The position numbers and the translations under genes were made by a program. From Desulfuromonadaceae bacterium (GTDB lineage: Bacteria; Desulfobacterota; Desulfuromonadia; Geobacterales; Pseudopelobacteraceae), in contig JAQUIG010000008.1 of NCBI GenBank assembly GCA_028683435.1, positions 6,494-70,493 of the forward strand: a DNA stretch of 64,000 nucleotides, given 5' to 3'. Under the pieces are notes generated by a model. The model was not told the DNA's origin. It worked only from the letters and a program-made list of their open reading frames with translations, and made no database searches. This document shows positions 36,528-46,234 of this stretch, one piece after another. Each line of letters begins with the position of its first letter. Position 1 is the stretch's first letter.

Positions 36528-38954
36528 TCATCCCAGGAAGGCGCCTGCCGTACTTTTGAGCTTGTCATGTAACGCGCCGGCCTCCTCGACGCAAGACAGA
36601 AGCATCTTAGTGTCCCATGGCTTGATCAGATATTTGAAGATAGTGCCACGATTAATGGCGTTAGTGGCAGCATGAAGATCCAGGTCGCCTGTCAGGATGA
36701 TCCGTACGACATCCGGGTAGATTATCTTAACCCGTTCGAGAAATTCGCTGCCATTCATGATCGGCATTTGCAGATCCGAGATAACAACTGCAATGCGTCT
36801 CGTCGCCAACAGATCAAAACCTTCCGCAGCACACGATGCGGTCAGCACTTGATACCCTTCCAGAACAAGCACTCTTTTAAGGGCCTCCACCACCTTTTCC
36901 TCATCATCAACGACAAGGATGGTGTGTCGTGTGCTTTCCGGCTGGTGGTCACCAAAAGTTAAGGATCTGTTCTCACGGAGAATCTCACAGAAATCCTCCG
37001 CGATGATCGGTCTGCTGAAGAGATATCCCTGAATCTCATCACAATTGTGCAAGCGGAGATAGTTAAGCTGCCCAGCTGTTTCAACCCCCTCGGCAATCAC
37101 CTTCAGACGGAGATTGTGGGCCATGGCAATGATAGCCTTTACAATGGCAGCGCTGTCCGGATCGCTGGTCATGTCACGGACAAACGCCTGGTCGATCTTT
37201 AACTTGTCGAAGGGAAAGCGCTTCAGGTAGCTGAGGCTGGAGTAGCCGGTGCCGAAGTCGTCCATGGAAAGGGTTGTACCCAATGCTTTCAACTCGTTCA
37301 GTATAGTAGTAACTCTGTCCATATTCTGCATGACCAGACTCTCGGTGACTTCCAATTCCAGGTAGCAGGGCTCCAGCTTGCTGTCCCGCAAGATGCGCTC
37401 CACAACCGAGACCAGATTTTTCTGGCGGAACTGACAGGGAGAGAGGTTCACCGCAACCGGTATCGCCGGAAGGTCGGCATCCTGCCAACTCTTGTTCTGT
37501 CTGCACGTGGTTTCCAGAACCCACTCGCCGATCGATTCAATCATCCCGGTTTCTTCGGCAAGCGGTATAAAGCTGACGGGTGAAACAAGTCCCAACTCCG
37601 GGCTCTGCCACCGCACCAGCGCTTCCATGCTGGTTATCTTCCCGCTGCGCAAACTGACCTTGGGCTGATAACATAAAAACAGCTCGTTCCGCTCCAGTGC
37701 CCGTCGCAGATGCATTTCCATGGTCACGCGCGACAGCAAGCGGGCATTCATCTCACTGGTATAGAAACGAAAACAGTTGCGCCCTTGATCTTTGGCCTGG
37801 TACATGGCCAAATCAGCGTTCTTTATCAAGGTTTGTACTTCCTCGCCGTCTCGTGGCGAGGTGCTGATGCCGATGCTGCATGTAATGACAAGTTCCTGCT
37901 CATTGATTCTGAACGGCTGCGAAATAGCTGTCTGAATGGCCCCGGCAATACGAACAGCGACAGTGCCGACATCGGCATCGGATACGGTGATGACAAATTC
38001 GTCCCCCCCCTGACGTGCGACGGTATCACCCGCCCTGACACAGGCAACGAGTCTTTCGGCAGCGATCTTAAGCAGTTCATCGCCGATATTATGGCCCAAG
38101 CTGTCATTGATGAATTTGAAATTGTCCAAATCTACGAAGATGACCGCTACCTGGTGGCCGTTGCGCTGCGACATGAGCAGAGCCTGGTGGATACGATCAA
38201 CGAGGACGTTACGGTTGGGGAGACGGGTCAAGGCATCATGGCTTGCTTGGTATTCCAGCTGTTTTTCATAACATTTCCGTTCGGTAACATCTTCAAACGT
38301 TTCAATTACGGCCAGCAACTCCCCCCTGCTGTTGCGTATCGGCGCGGCATTGAAGGCAAGATAACGATCCAGGCCGTTCATATTGTCGAACCACCCTTCG
38401 GCCTGCAGCCCTTCGGGGATAAAAGTTGAGTTACCAAGCTCCTGATAATAATCGGGCATATTGTCCGGTATTCCGTCAATGACGATTTCAGCCAGAAGGG
38501 GGTTTGTTGTCTTGTAGAACGCTCTCCAGGCCTGATCACTGCCAAGCATCTCCTCTGACTTGATGCCGGTAAGCTCTTCGCACGCCCGATTCCAGATTAC
38601 CACCCTACGATCGGTATTGATAACAAATGACGGAACCGCGCTGTTACGGATCAGACTCTCGGCGAACTCCTTCTGTTCTGCCAGAGCTGTGGCGGCCTGT
38701 ATCTGTTCTGTTCTGTCTTTTTCCGCCACGGCAAAATTTTGAAACGGTTTGACGATGAGCCACCAGAGGAGCGGGGCACTCAGCACAGATAAGCTCAGGG
38801 AATCGATTATGTTCCGGACATGGACCGGAACACCTTGCAGAAAGGTCTCCAGTAGATACATCACCACGGTTTCAACGGCAAAAATGACCAGCAACATGCG
38901 CAGGAACAGGCTTGCCGGTCTCATAATGCGCGGGGTTGCGATATTAAAACTCAT
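36528..38954 (-). CDS. membrane PAS / GGDEF / EAL protein with C-terminal receiver domain
   Basis: N-terminal TM segments, a PAS block, RQGGDEFVI, EALVRW, and a C-terminal REC (ILVVDDEEKV..., VVISDLQMP). The ATG at 38954 avoids overlap with recD. Confidence 0.8.
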   Translation of the reverse strand: MSFNIATPRIMRPASLFLRMLLVIFAVETVVMYLLETFLQGVPVHVRNIIDSLSLSVLSAPLLWWLIVKPFQNFAVAEKDRTEQIQAATALAEQKEFAESLIRNSAVPSFVINTDRRVVIWNRACEELTGIKSEEMLGSDQAWRAFYKTTNPLLAEIVIDGIPDNMPDYYQELGNSTFIPEGLQAEGWFDNMNGLDRYLAFNAAPIRNSRGELLAVIETFEDVTERKCYEKQLEYQASHDALTRLPNRNVLVDRIHQALLMSQRNGHQVAVIFVDLDNFKFINDSLGHNIGDELLKIAAERLVACVRAGDTVARQGGDEFVITVSDADVGTVAVRIAGAIQTAISQPFRINEQELVITCSIGISTSPRDGEEVQTLIKNADLAMYQAKDQGRNCFRFYTSEMNARLLSRVTMEMHLRRALERNELFLCYQPKVSLRSGKITSMEALVRWQSPELGLVSPVSFIPLAEETGMIESIGEWVLETTCRQNKSWQDADLPAIPVAVNLSPCQFRQKNLVSVVERILRDSKLEPCYLELEVTESLVMQNMDRVTTILNELKALGTTLSMDDFGTGYSSLSYLKRFPFDKLKIDQAFVRDMTSDPDSAAIVKAIIAMAHNLRLKVIAEGVETAGQLNYLRLHNCDEIQGYLFSRPIIAEDFCEILRENRSLTFGDHQPESTRHTILVVDDEEKVVEALKRVLVLEGYQVLTASCAAEGFDLLATRRIAVVISDLQMPIMNGSEFLERVKIIYPDVVRIILTGDLDLHAATNAINRGTIFKYLIKPWDTKMLLSCVEEAGALHDKLKSTAGAFLG

Positions 38955-38979
38955 GGTGCTTATCCCCTCTGTAAAAGTG

Positions 38980-40701
38980 CTAACATCTCTGGCCACCTGC
39001 CGCAAGTCGCTCGCCAAGGCCGGAATTCCTGACCGTGCGGCGTTCTACTGCCTGGCACAAGACCTCTTCGGTCCCCCATATTTCAATGTGTTGCCGGGCA
39101 CGTGTGACCGCGGTATAAAGCAGTTCACGACTGAGGGCACCCGAGAGGTGGTCCGGCAGGACCAGCAATACCCGATCAAACTCGGACCCCTGGCTTTTGT
39201 GGACCGTCAGGGCACATGCCGCCTCGCCGGGTGGCAACCGCAGGGCTGAAATGTGGCGCAGCCCCCCATCCGGATTTTCAAACCAGACCGCCGGCGAGCC
39301 GTCATGATCCATGACAACGCCGGTATCGCCGTTAAACAACTCCAGTTCATAGTTGTTCCCGGTGATCATGACCGGCATCAGCCGGAAGCTCCGGGCATCA
39401 ATTTTCCGCTCCGGAGCGAGAACATTGAGGCAGAGCCTGTTCAGGTTTTCCACCCCGAACGGGCCGGAGCGAAGCGGCGATAACACCCTGAATGAGCCGA
39501 GTTCTGCAAGTGCCTCTCCGGGGGATTCCGCCCGGGCATACCCTGCATAGCCGTTGCGAACGGCGGCGCTGAACGCGGCATCAAACGCCCTGCCGACAGG
39601 CAGCTGCCGCCATACCACGTCCGGATAGCTCCCCGATTGCAGCAGTTCCGCTGCCGCTCCGCTGTCGCCGCCGTTAATCAGCTGGCTCAGCGCGGCGATG
39701 CCGCTGTCTGCACCGAAGCGATAACTCCTCGTCAATTGTGTCACCGGAACGTTCGCCTGGCCGGCGCTGTCGCAGATATCCGCCAGCACCGCACCGGCTT
39801 CGACCGAAGCAAGCTGATTCCGGTCTCCCAGCAGGATGACCCGGGCATCATCACGGAGTGCTGCCATCAGGCTGGCCATCAGCTGCAGATCCACCATCGA
39901 TGCTTCGTCAACGACAAGTATATCGCAGGAGAGGCGCTTGTCACGATTGTAGCGGAATCCCCCACTACGCCCCTGCGCACCAAGCAGACGATGGATCGTA
40001 CTTACGCCGACCGGCATGCCGTTCCTGATGGTATCAGGCAGGTCGAGGCGCCCGGTTGCTTGCAGGATCGACTGATGGAGGCGCAGTGCGGCCTTCCCGG
40101 TTGGTGCGGCCAGGGCGATCTCCGGGATGGAATCCCCGGACATGTCGAGCAGCAGCGCCAGGATACGGGCCACCGTTGCCGTCTTGCCGGTGCCGGGGCC
40201 ACCTGATATGACCGAGAAACGGTGCATCAGCGCCATCCGGGCCGCCTCACGCTGCAGATCAATCGTGTCACCCTGGGGAGGGAAATAGCGATCCAGGGCT
40301 TCATCAAGGCGGTTTTCATCGCATTCCAGCGGGCGGCTCCGCGACAGGATACCGGTCGCAATCTGTTGTTCGTATCCCCAGCAGCGGTGCAGATACAGCC
40401 GGCCTCCCTGGTCCAGCACCAGCGGGGTATAAGCCCCGGGAGCGCCAACAGTGTCACACGTTTTCAGAGACGCGAGCCAAAGACCGATGTCTGATGGTGG
40501 CGATTTCCGCGGGGTTGCTGAAAGCGGCAGGGCAGTATGGTCCAACCCGGCAAAAAGATTGAAGCAGGTATGCCCACGCCCGGCAGCATGGCTCGCCAGT
40601 GCCGCACCCCACCAGAGTTCACTTGATGGGTGCCGGTCGATGCGGACGATAAAGTCGGCAAAGTGAACGTCGAGAGTCGAAAGTTTGATGGTTTCAGTCA
40701 T
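38980..40701 (-). CDS. recD: exodeoxyribonuclease V alpha subunit (RecD1-type SF1 helicase)
   Basis: GGPGTGKT, ILVVDEASMVDL, LLGDRNQLASVEAG, TVHKSQGSEF motifs. 573 aa. Confidence 0.85.
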   Translation of the reverse strand: MTETIKLSTLDVHFADFIVRIDRHPSSELWWGAALASHAAGRGHTCFNLFAGLDHTALPLSATPRKSPPSDIGLWLASLKTCDTVGAPGAYTPLVLDQGGRLYLHRCWGYEQQIATGILSRSRPLECDENRLDEALDRYFPPQGDTIDLQREAARMALMHRFSVISGGPGTGKTATVARILALLLDMSGDSIPEIALAAPTGKAALRLHQSILQATGRLDLPDTIRNGMPVGVSTIHRLLGAQGRSGGFRYNRDKRLSCDILVVDEASMVDLQLMASLMAALRDDARVILLGDRNQLASVEAGAVLADICDSAGQANVPVTQLTRSYRFGADSGIAALSQLINGGDSGAAAELLQSGSYPDVVWRQLPVGRAFDAAFSAAVRNGYAGYARAESPGEALAELGSFRVLSPLRSGPFGVENLNRLCLNVLAPERKIDARSFRLMPVMITGNNYELELFNGDTGVVMDHDGSPAVWFENPDGGLRHISALRLPPGEAACALTVHKSQGSEFDRVLLVLPDHLSGALSRELLYTAVTRARQHIEIWGTEEVLCQAVERRTVRNSGLGERLAAGGQRC

Positions 40702-40747
40702 CGGCAGGTGCCTTCATCTCTTACAAATGATGTGTCGTACATGGCGT

Positions 40748-41236
40748 CTAGCTGGCGGCCGCATGGGCGACCAGGGCCGTTATCACATACCGGACGAACT
40801 TCCCTGATGCAACCAGCAGCGAAAACAGTCCGAAATTAACCCGCAGCATCCCCGCCACCAGGCAGAGCGGATCCCCCACCACCGGCAGCCAGGAGAATAA
40901 CAGCGAGTAGACCCCGAAGCGTGTGTAATGCTGACGGGCCCGCTCCTGCTGGTGGACAGAGACCCGCAGCACCTTCTCAATCAGCCAGCTCCCGCCGGCT
41001 ATACCGAGCAGATAGGTTACCACACCCCCGAGATAATTGCCGACGGTAGCGACGGCAACAACGGACAGAGGATCATACCCGGCCGTCAGCATCATGACCA
41101 GCAGCCACTCCGACCCGAGCGGCAACAGCGTCGAAGCGAGAAAGCTCATGAAGAACAGCGAAGCATAGCCGGGCTGGTTGAGCCAGTCATGAAGCATGAC
41201 AGTATATGTCAGAGATTGGTTGTCAAAATTGTTCAA
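40748..41236 (-). CDS. YqaA/DedA-related (SNARE-associated) membrane protein
   Basis: 162-aa polytopic protein with FFMSFLASTLLPLGSEWLLV and SWLPVVGDPLCLVAG motifs. Confidence 0.65.
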   Translation of the reverse strand: MNNFDNQSLTYTVMLHDWLNQPGYASLFFMSFLASTLLPLGSEWLLVMMLTAGYDPLSVVAVATVGNYLGGVVTYLLGIAGGSWLIEKVLRVSVHQQERARQHYTRFGVYSLLFSWLPVVGDPLCLVAGMLRVNFGLFSLLVASGKFVRYVITALVAHAAAS

Positions 41237-41318
41237 ACCGCTACAATGCCCCCGGATACTGATGTGACGTTATGCTGGCGTATTGTAACGATTAATTCAG
41301 TTTCGGCAAGGAGGAACT

Positions 41319-42380
41319 ATGCTCAAAGGAAAACCGGCTAAAAAATACTCCCAGGCGGGACGGCTGCACTCGATCATCCGCCTGCTGGAAACAAGACGCG
41401 GGCTGACTCTGGACGAACTGGCGGAGGAGTGCGACGTCGACCGGCGCACCATCCACCGTGACCTGAACGCGGTGGAACAGGCCGGTTACGGTTTGACAAC
41501 GGAGTGGAGCGGCGGCAAAAAGGTCTACAGCTTTCTGGCCCGGTCACGCAACCTCCCGCCGATTACCTTTACCCTCCCCCAGTTGATGTCGCTCTACCTG
41601 TTGCGCTCGCTTGGCGCCCATCTGGCCGGCACCCCGTTTCAGGCCGAAATCGACGAGCTGTTCAAAAGCATCCATTCGGTGCTTCCGCCCCGTCACGCCG
41701 CGCACCTGGAGCGGATAGCCCGTGTCTCCCTGCCGCTGCTGCACGGAGCACGTGACTACTCACCTGCGGCCACTTTTGTCGCCGACCTGCAAAAAGCGCT
41801 GCTGCAGCAGTACCGTATCCGGCTGAAATATGCCAAGAAGGGGAAAGACGAGGCCGGTGACTACGAGGTCGATCCCTATACGCTCGTTTTCCACAAGGGG
41901 GGGATTTATCTGCTCGGGATTGCCCATAACCGGGCCGGCATGCGCCTTTTTGCCCTGGAGCGGATTCGTGGGATAGAGGTTACCCGGCAGCGTTTCGAGA
42001 TACCGGACAGCTATCAGCCGGAAGCTCATTTCAGCAGCGCCTTCGGTCTCGTGAGCGACACTCCGATGAAGGTGCAGGTCCGTTTTTCACCCGAGATCGC
42101 CCACACGGTGAAGGAGCGGATCTGGATGCCGGGGCAGAAGATCAGCAACGACGCCGAAGGGCGGGTGACCGTCGAATTCGAGGCGGCAGGTCAGATGGAG
42201 CTGGTGTCATGGATTCTTTCCTACGGCACGCATGCCGAGGTGCTGGAGCCTAAGGAGCTACGCGGGGAGGTCAAGCGGCAGGTCAAGGGAATGCGGGAGA
42301 TGTATCGGGGCAAGGAGAAGGAGAGCGAGAAAGCTGAGAAGAAAGGCAAGCGGATCTCACATACGTTGGATGAAAAATGA
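41319..42380 (+). CDS. WYL-domain transcriptional regulator (HTH-WYL-WCX architecture)
   Basis: N-terminal HTH (RLHSIIRLLETRRGLTLDELAEECDVDRRTIHRDLN) and a WYL core (YEVDPYTLVFHKGGIYLLGIAHNRAGMRLFALERI). Confidence 0.8.
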   Translation: MLKGKPAKKYSQAGRLHSIIRLLETRRGLTLDELAEECDVDRRTIHRDLNAVEQAGYGLTTEWSGGKKVYSFLARSRNLPPITFTLPQLMSLYLLRSLGAHLAGTPFQAEIDELFKSIHSVLPPRHAAHLERIARVSLPLLHGARDYSPAATFVADLQKALLQQYRIRLKYAKKGKDEAGDYEVDPYTLVFHKGGIYLLGIAHNRAGMRLFALERIRGIEVTRQRFEIPDSYQPEAHFSSAFGLVSDTPMKVQVRFSPEIAHTVKERIWMPGQKISNDAEGRVTVEFEAAGQMELVSWILSYGTHAEVLEPKELRGEVKRQVKGMREMYRGKEKESEKAEKKGKRISHTLDEK

Positions 42381-42438
42381 TTTGACTTGAAACAGTCGTT
42401 GGCGTACGATTTAACGTACGAAACGGAGGTAACTCAAG

Positions 42439-42681
42439 ATGACAATTTTATCAGCAACAGAAGCAAGAAAATCCCTTTATAACCTTGTCGATGATGTCGC
42501 TTTATCGCATGACCCGATTCAGATTGTTGGCAAACGGCATTCAGCGGTTCTCATCTCAGAAGACGATTGGCGTGCTATTCAGGAAACATTGTATCTCACA
42601 TCAATTCCTGGCATGCGAGAATCCATTAAGAAAGGTCTCAAAACCCCAGTATCCGAGTGCAGTGAGGAACTTGCATGGTAA
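42439..42681 (+). CDS. yefM: Phd/YefM-family antitoxin
   Basis: MTILSATEARKSLYNLVDDV...PIQIVGKRHSAVLISEDDWRAIQETLYL. Confidence 0.85.
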   Translation: MTILSATEARKSLYNLVDDVALSHDPIQIVGKRHSAVLISEDDWRAIQETLYLTSIPGMRESIKKGLKTPVSECSEELAW

Positions 42682-42941
42682 GTTGGCAACTTGTTTTTAC
42701 CAAGCAAGTGCAAAAAGATGCAAAAAAGATCGCACACTCCGGGTTAAAGCCGCAAGTCGAACGACTACTGGAAATTATCAAAGAAAATCCCTTCAAAAAT
42801 CCCCCGCCATACGAGAAACTTGTAGGCGATTTGTCAGGTGCATATTCCCGTAGGATCAATATTCAACATCGACTGGTTTATGAAGTTTTGGTCAACATAA
42901 AGACTATAAAGATTATCCGAATGTGGACGCATTACGAATAG
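42675..42941 (+). CDS. yoeB: Txe/YoeB-family toxin
   Basis: 88 aa with ...YSRRINIQHRLVYEV... and a C-terminal ...HY; 7-nt overlap with yefM. Confidence 0.85.
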   Translation: MVSWQLVFTKQVQKDAKKIAHSGLKPQVERLLEIIKENPFKNPPPYEKLVGDLSGAYSRRINIQHRLVYEVLVNIKTIKIIRMWTHYE

Positions 42942-43047
42942 CCGAATAACTAGGAACACTCCCCGTATTAAGTCGAATTACTGGAAAATCTAGTAGAAAA
43001 CTGGGGAGTATCCCTAGTTTTCCTATACATAGGGAGCACTGAATCAC

Positions 43048-44196
43048 ATGACAACCGAAACCACACCGCTCAACGACATCATCACCGCCCGTATCGCCCG
43101 GCAGGGGCGCATCACCTTTGCCGACTTCATGGCGACCTGCCTCTACGAACCGGGGCTCGGCTACTATACGTCACCGGGGCGCAAAGTCGGCGCCGAGGGG
43201 GATTTTTATACCAGTATCACCGTGCATGCCGCCTTCGGGCGCGTGATCGCTCGCGAGGTCGCCCAGATGTGGCGCAGCATGGGGAGCCCGACCGGTTTTA
43301 CGCTGGTGGAGTGCGGTGCCGCCAATGGCCGGCTGGCGTGTGACATCATGGATTTCCTGGCCGCGCGAGAGCCGGAGATGTACCGTACTCTGCGCCTCGT
43401 GCTGGTAGAGCAGGAGCCGACCCTCGAGGCGGCGCAGTGCGAGATGCTGGCCGCTCATATCAACCGCCTCGCCTGGGTTTCCCCGGAGGAATTTGCTGCA
43501 GGGGATTTCACCTTCAGTGGCTGCCTCTACTCCAATGAACTGATCGATGCCCTGCCGACCCATCGGGTAGTAATGACATCCGATGGCCTGAAGGAGATAT
43601 ATGTAATCTGCAAAGATGGCGAGTTTGCCGAAGAGGCCGGGGAACCCTCCACGCCAGAGCTTGAAGCATATCTGAAACGCGTTGCCGTGGAGCTCCATCC
43701 CGGCCAGCAGGCCGAAGTCAATCTGAACGCTTCGCAGTGGTTGGCATCCGCTGCCAGGGTGCTACAGCGCGGCTTTATCCTGACGATCGATTACGGCTAT
43801 CCTGCCCCCGAGCTGTACACGCCGCTCCGCAAACTGGGAACGCTGCTCTGTTATTACCGCCACCAGACCGAGGAGAATCCTTACCTCCGCCTCGGGTTAC
43901 AGGACATCACCGCTCACGTCGATTTCACAACTCTGATGAACTGCGGGGAAGATCTGGGACTGCAGAATGTCTGGTTTGGGGAGCAATACCGTTTTCTGAT
44001 GTCGGCCGGTATTATTGAAGAGCTGGAAGATCTTGAGCGTTCCGATGTTTCCGATGAGGAAAAGCTGCGGCTGCGGCTGACTTTCAAAAAATTGATCGTT
44101 CCCCAGGGGGGTATGGGTGACACCTTCCGGGTGCTGCTGCAGTCAAAGGGTGTTGACAATCCCCGGCTGCTCTGCCAGCGCAGGATCGGAGGGTGA
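43048..44196 (+). CDS. MidA/NDUFAF7-family SAM-dependent methyltransferase (DUF185)
   Basis: ITFADFMATCLYEPGLGYYTS...GDFYTS... and SNELIDALP motifs. Confidence 0.75.
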   Translation: MTTETTPLNDIITARIARQGRITFADFMATCLYEPGLGYYTSPGRKVGAEGDFYTSITVHAAFGRVIAREVAQMWRSMGSPTGFTLVECGAANGRLACDIMDFLAAREPEMYRTLRLVLVEQEPTLEAAQCEMLAAHINRLAWVSPEEFAAGDFTFSGCLYSNELIDALPTHRVVMTSDGLKEIYVICKDGEFAEEAGEPSTPELEAYLKRVAVELHPGQQAEVNLNASQWLASAARVLQRGFILTIDYGYPAPELYTPLRKLGTLLCYYRHQTEENPYLRLGLQDITAHVDFTTLMNCGEDLGLQNVWFGEQYRFLMSAGIIEELEDLERSDVSDEEKLRLRLTFKKLIVPQGGMGDTFRVLLQSKGVDNPRLLCQRRIGG

Positions 44197-44892
44197 ATGT
44201 CTGCACTCACGTATACTGAAATCCGCGGCATAGTTTTCGATCTGGACGGCACCCTTTATGTGTGCGACCGCTTTGCCGCGGAGATCCAGGATGCCGCTGC
44301 CGCATACATCGCCGGACTCAAGGGGATCAGTCACGCGGAAGCGGGAATGGTGATGGCCGCCACCAGGCTGAGGCTTGCGGAGGAGAGCGGTACTGTTCAG
44401 ACCCTTTCTGCGGTCTGCGTGGCGCTGGGGGGGAGTATACAGGAGCTGCATCGATTCTTTGAGGGGACTCTGCGACCGGAAGCATATCTTGTGAGGGACG
44501 AGCGGGTAATCCGTCTGCTGGAGCGCCTTGCAGAACGGTTTTCGCTCTACATTTACACGAACAACAATCGCGCTCTGACGACCCGTATCATCAATTATCT
44601 GGGGCTGGAGGGTTTAGTATGCGGCATCTTCACCATTGAGGACACCTGGCGGGGCAAACCTGATGAGGGAATGGTGAGCAGAGTCATGAAGGAGATCGGG
44701 CTTGCTCCGAACGAGACCCTGTTTGTCGGAGACCGCTATGACGTCGATCTGCGCGTGCCGGAACAGCTCGGCTGCCCCGTGTATCTGAGCCAAAATCTGG
44801 AGCAGCTGTTACGGCTGGGAGGGTTGCTTATTCCGTCTTGCCTCGCAGATACGTCAGCAGCTCCTGCAGATCCTCCGGCGGTTCAGTCGTAA
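44197..44892 (+). CDS. HAD-superfamily hydrolase
   Basis: VFDLDGTLY motif I and a GDRYDVD motif IV-like sequence. Confidence 0.7.
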   Translation: MSALTYTEIRGIVFDLDGTLYVCDRFAAEIQDAAAAYIAGLKGISHAEAGMVMAATRLRLAEESGTVQTLSAVCVALGGSIQELHRFFEGTLRPEAYLVRDERVIRLLERLAERFSLYIYTNNNRALTTRIINYLGLEGLVCGIFTIEDTWRGKPDEGMVSRVMKEIGLAPNETLFVGDRYDVDLRVPEQLGCPVYLSQNLEQLLRLGGLLIPSCLADTSAAPADPPAVQS

Positions 44893-45784
44893 ACTCCACA
44901 TACTGGCCAGTCGAAGGGTGGATAAAACCGAGGCAGCGTGCATGCAGGGCCTGACGCCCAAGTCGGTTGATCATGCCGCGCAGCTTGGTGTCGGGAAGGT
45001 TGTTGCAGCGCCCCCCGTCCGGATAGAGCGGATCTCCCAGCAGCGGAAAACCGGTTTCGGTCATGTGTACCCGGATCTGGTGGGTGCGTCCGGTCTCCAG
45101 CCGCAACTCCACCAGTGAAATCCTGCCGTAGCGCTCCTTCACCTTCCAGCGGGTGACCGCGTGCTTCCCGTTTTTGGCCAGCCCGGACAAGCGCAGTCGT
45201 TCGGTCGGGTGGCGTCCGATGACCCCCTCGATCTTGCCGGTGTCCTCTGGCGGAGAGCCATAGATCAGCGCCTGATAGATACGTTTGACGGTATGGTCGC
45301 TGAACTGTTCCGAAAGAGCTTGATGAGCCCGGTCATGCTTGGCTGCCACCAGCACACCGGAGGTTCCCTTGTCGAGGCGGTGAACGATGCCGGGGCGGAG
45401 CTCGCCGCCAATGCCGGCCAGATCACTGCAGTGCGCCAGCAGGGCGTTGACCAGGGTGCCACTCGTATTGCCGGCCCCGGGGTGTACTACCATTCCGGCC
45501 GCTTTATTGATCACAATCAGATCGCGGTCCTCGTACAGAACCTCCAGCGGGATCGCCTCGGCCAGCGGCTGGGCCGGCGCCGGCGGCGGTATATCGACCT
45601 CAATCTGTTCTCCCCCCTTAAGCTTCAGCGAAGTGCGCACCTGTGTGCCGTCTACCAGTACAAAGCCGGTTTCGATCAGTCTCTGGACCGTAGCCCGGGA
45701 CTCTCCTTCCATTGCGTGGCTCAAAAAAAGATCAATTCTGATCGGTTGGTCTTCGGGGGAGAATGTGAATGAAAAATGATTCAT
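44828..45784 (-). CDS. rluD: RluA-family 23S rRNA pseudouridine synthase (RluD-like)
   Basis: S4 domain then HRLDKGTSGVLVAAK. The ATG at 45784 was chosen over the track start at 45826. Confidence 0.85.
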   Translation of the reverse strand: MNHFSFTFSPEDQPIRIDLFLSHAMEGESRATVQRLIETGFVLVDGTQVRTSLKLKGGEQIEVDIPPPAPAQPLAEAIPLEVLYEDRDLIVINKAAGMVVHPGAGNTSGTLVNALLAHCSDLAGIGGELRPGIVHRLDKGTSGVLVAAKHDRAHQALSEQFSDHTVKRIYQALIYGSPPEDTGKIEGVIGRHPTERLRLSGLAKNGKHAVTRWKVKERYGRISLVELRLETGRTHQIRVHMTETGFPLLGDPLYPDGGRCNNLPDTKLRGMINRLGRQALHARCLGFIHPSTGQYVEFTTEPPEDLQELLTYLRGKTE

Positions 45785-45857
45785 AGCGTTCCTTGAAAAA
45801 TAGCAAAGGCGCACCGAATAAGGCACGCCTTGCAGAAATAACCGGTATGGCGGATAG

Positions 45858-46121
45858 TTACCAGATGGATGATTCGATTTTACCGGCGCGTTTGATCAGC
45901 ACATCGACAACGGCAGTTCCGTAGATCAGATCCGGGTTGACATCGTTGGATACCCGGGAGAGAAAATGCTGGCGCCCCTCTTCAAGCTCCTCATTGAGAA
46001 CGTCAAAAATATTGTCATTTTTGATGCCGCTTTCGACCTTTTCCTTGTTGTACATGGCCACATCGGAGAGGATGGCTCTGGCCAGCCGCTTTGCCTGATC
46101 CGGATTATCAATCAAGTTCAT
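45858..46121 (-). CDS. hypothetical small acidic/helical protein
   Basis: 87-aa ORF with coding-like composition; no family recognised. Confidence 0.45.
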   Translation of the reverse strand: MNLIDNPDQAKRLARAILSDVAMYNKEKVESGIKNDNIFDVLNEELEEGRQHFLSRVSNDVNPDLIYGTAVVDVLIKRAGKIESSIW

Positions 46122-46234
46122 GGATGATCTTCCTCATGCCGTAACGTTTAGTGAGTTACAAAACTCTTCTGCGATCTGGCAGAAAATAAGTTGGCTAACG
46201 AACTATCCTGTTTATATGGGGTGACAGCATAGCA

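Noticed and set aside
38955-39017. Longer start for the PAS-GGDEF-EAL-REC gene overlapping recD by 38 nt.
   Set aside because: The extension is non-homologous. The ATG at 38954 starts right before the first TM segment and avoids the overlap.
42942-43047. Imperfect inverted repeat (aactaggaacactcccc ... ggggagtatccctagtt) after yoeB.
   Set aside because: It has two mismatches and a ~36-nt loop. It may be a weak terminator or a REP-like element. No second copy is seen in the window, so there is too little to support a call.
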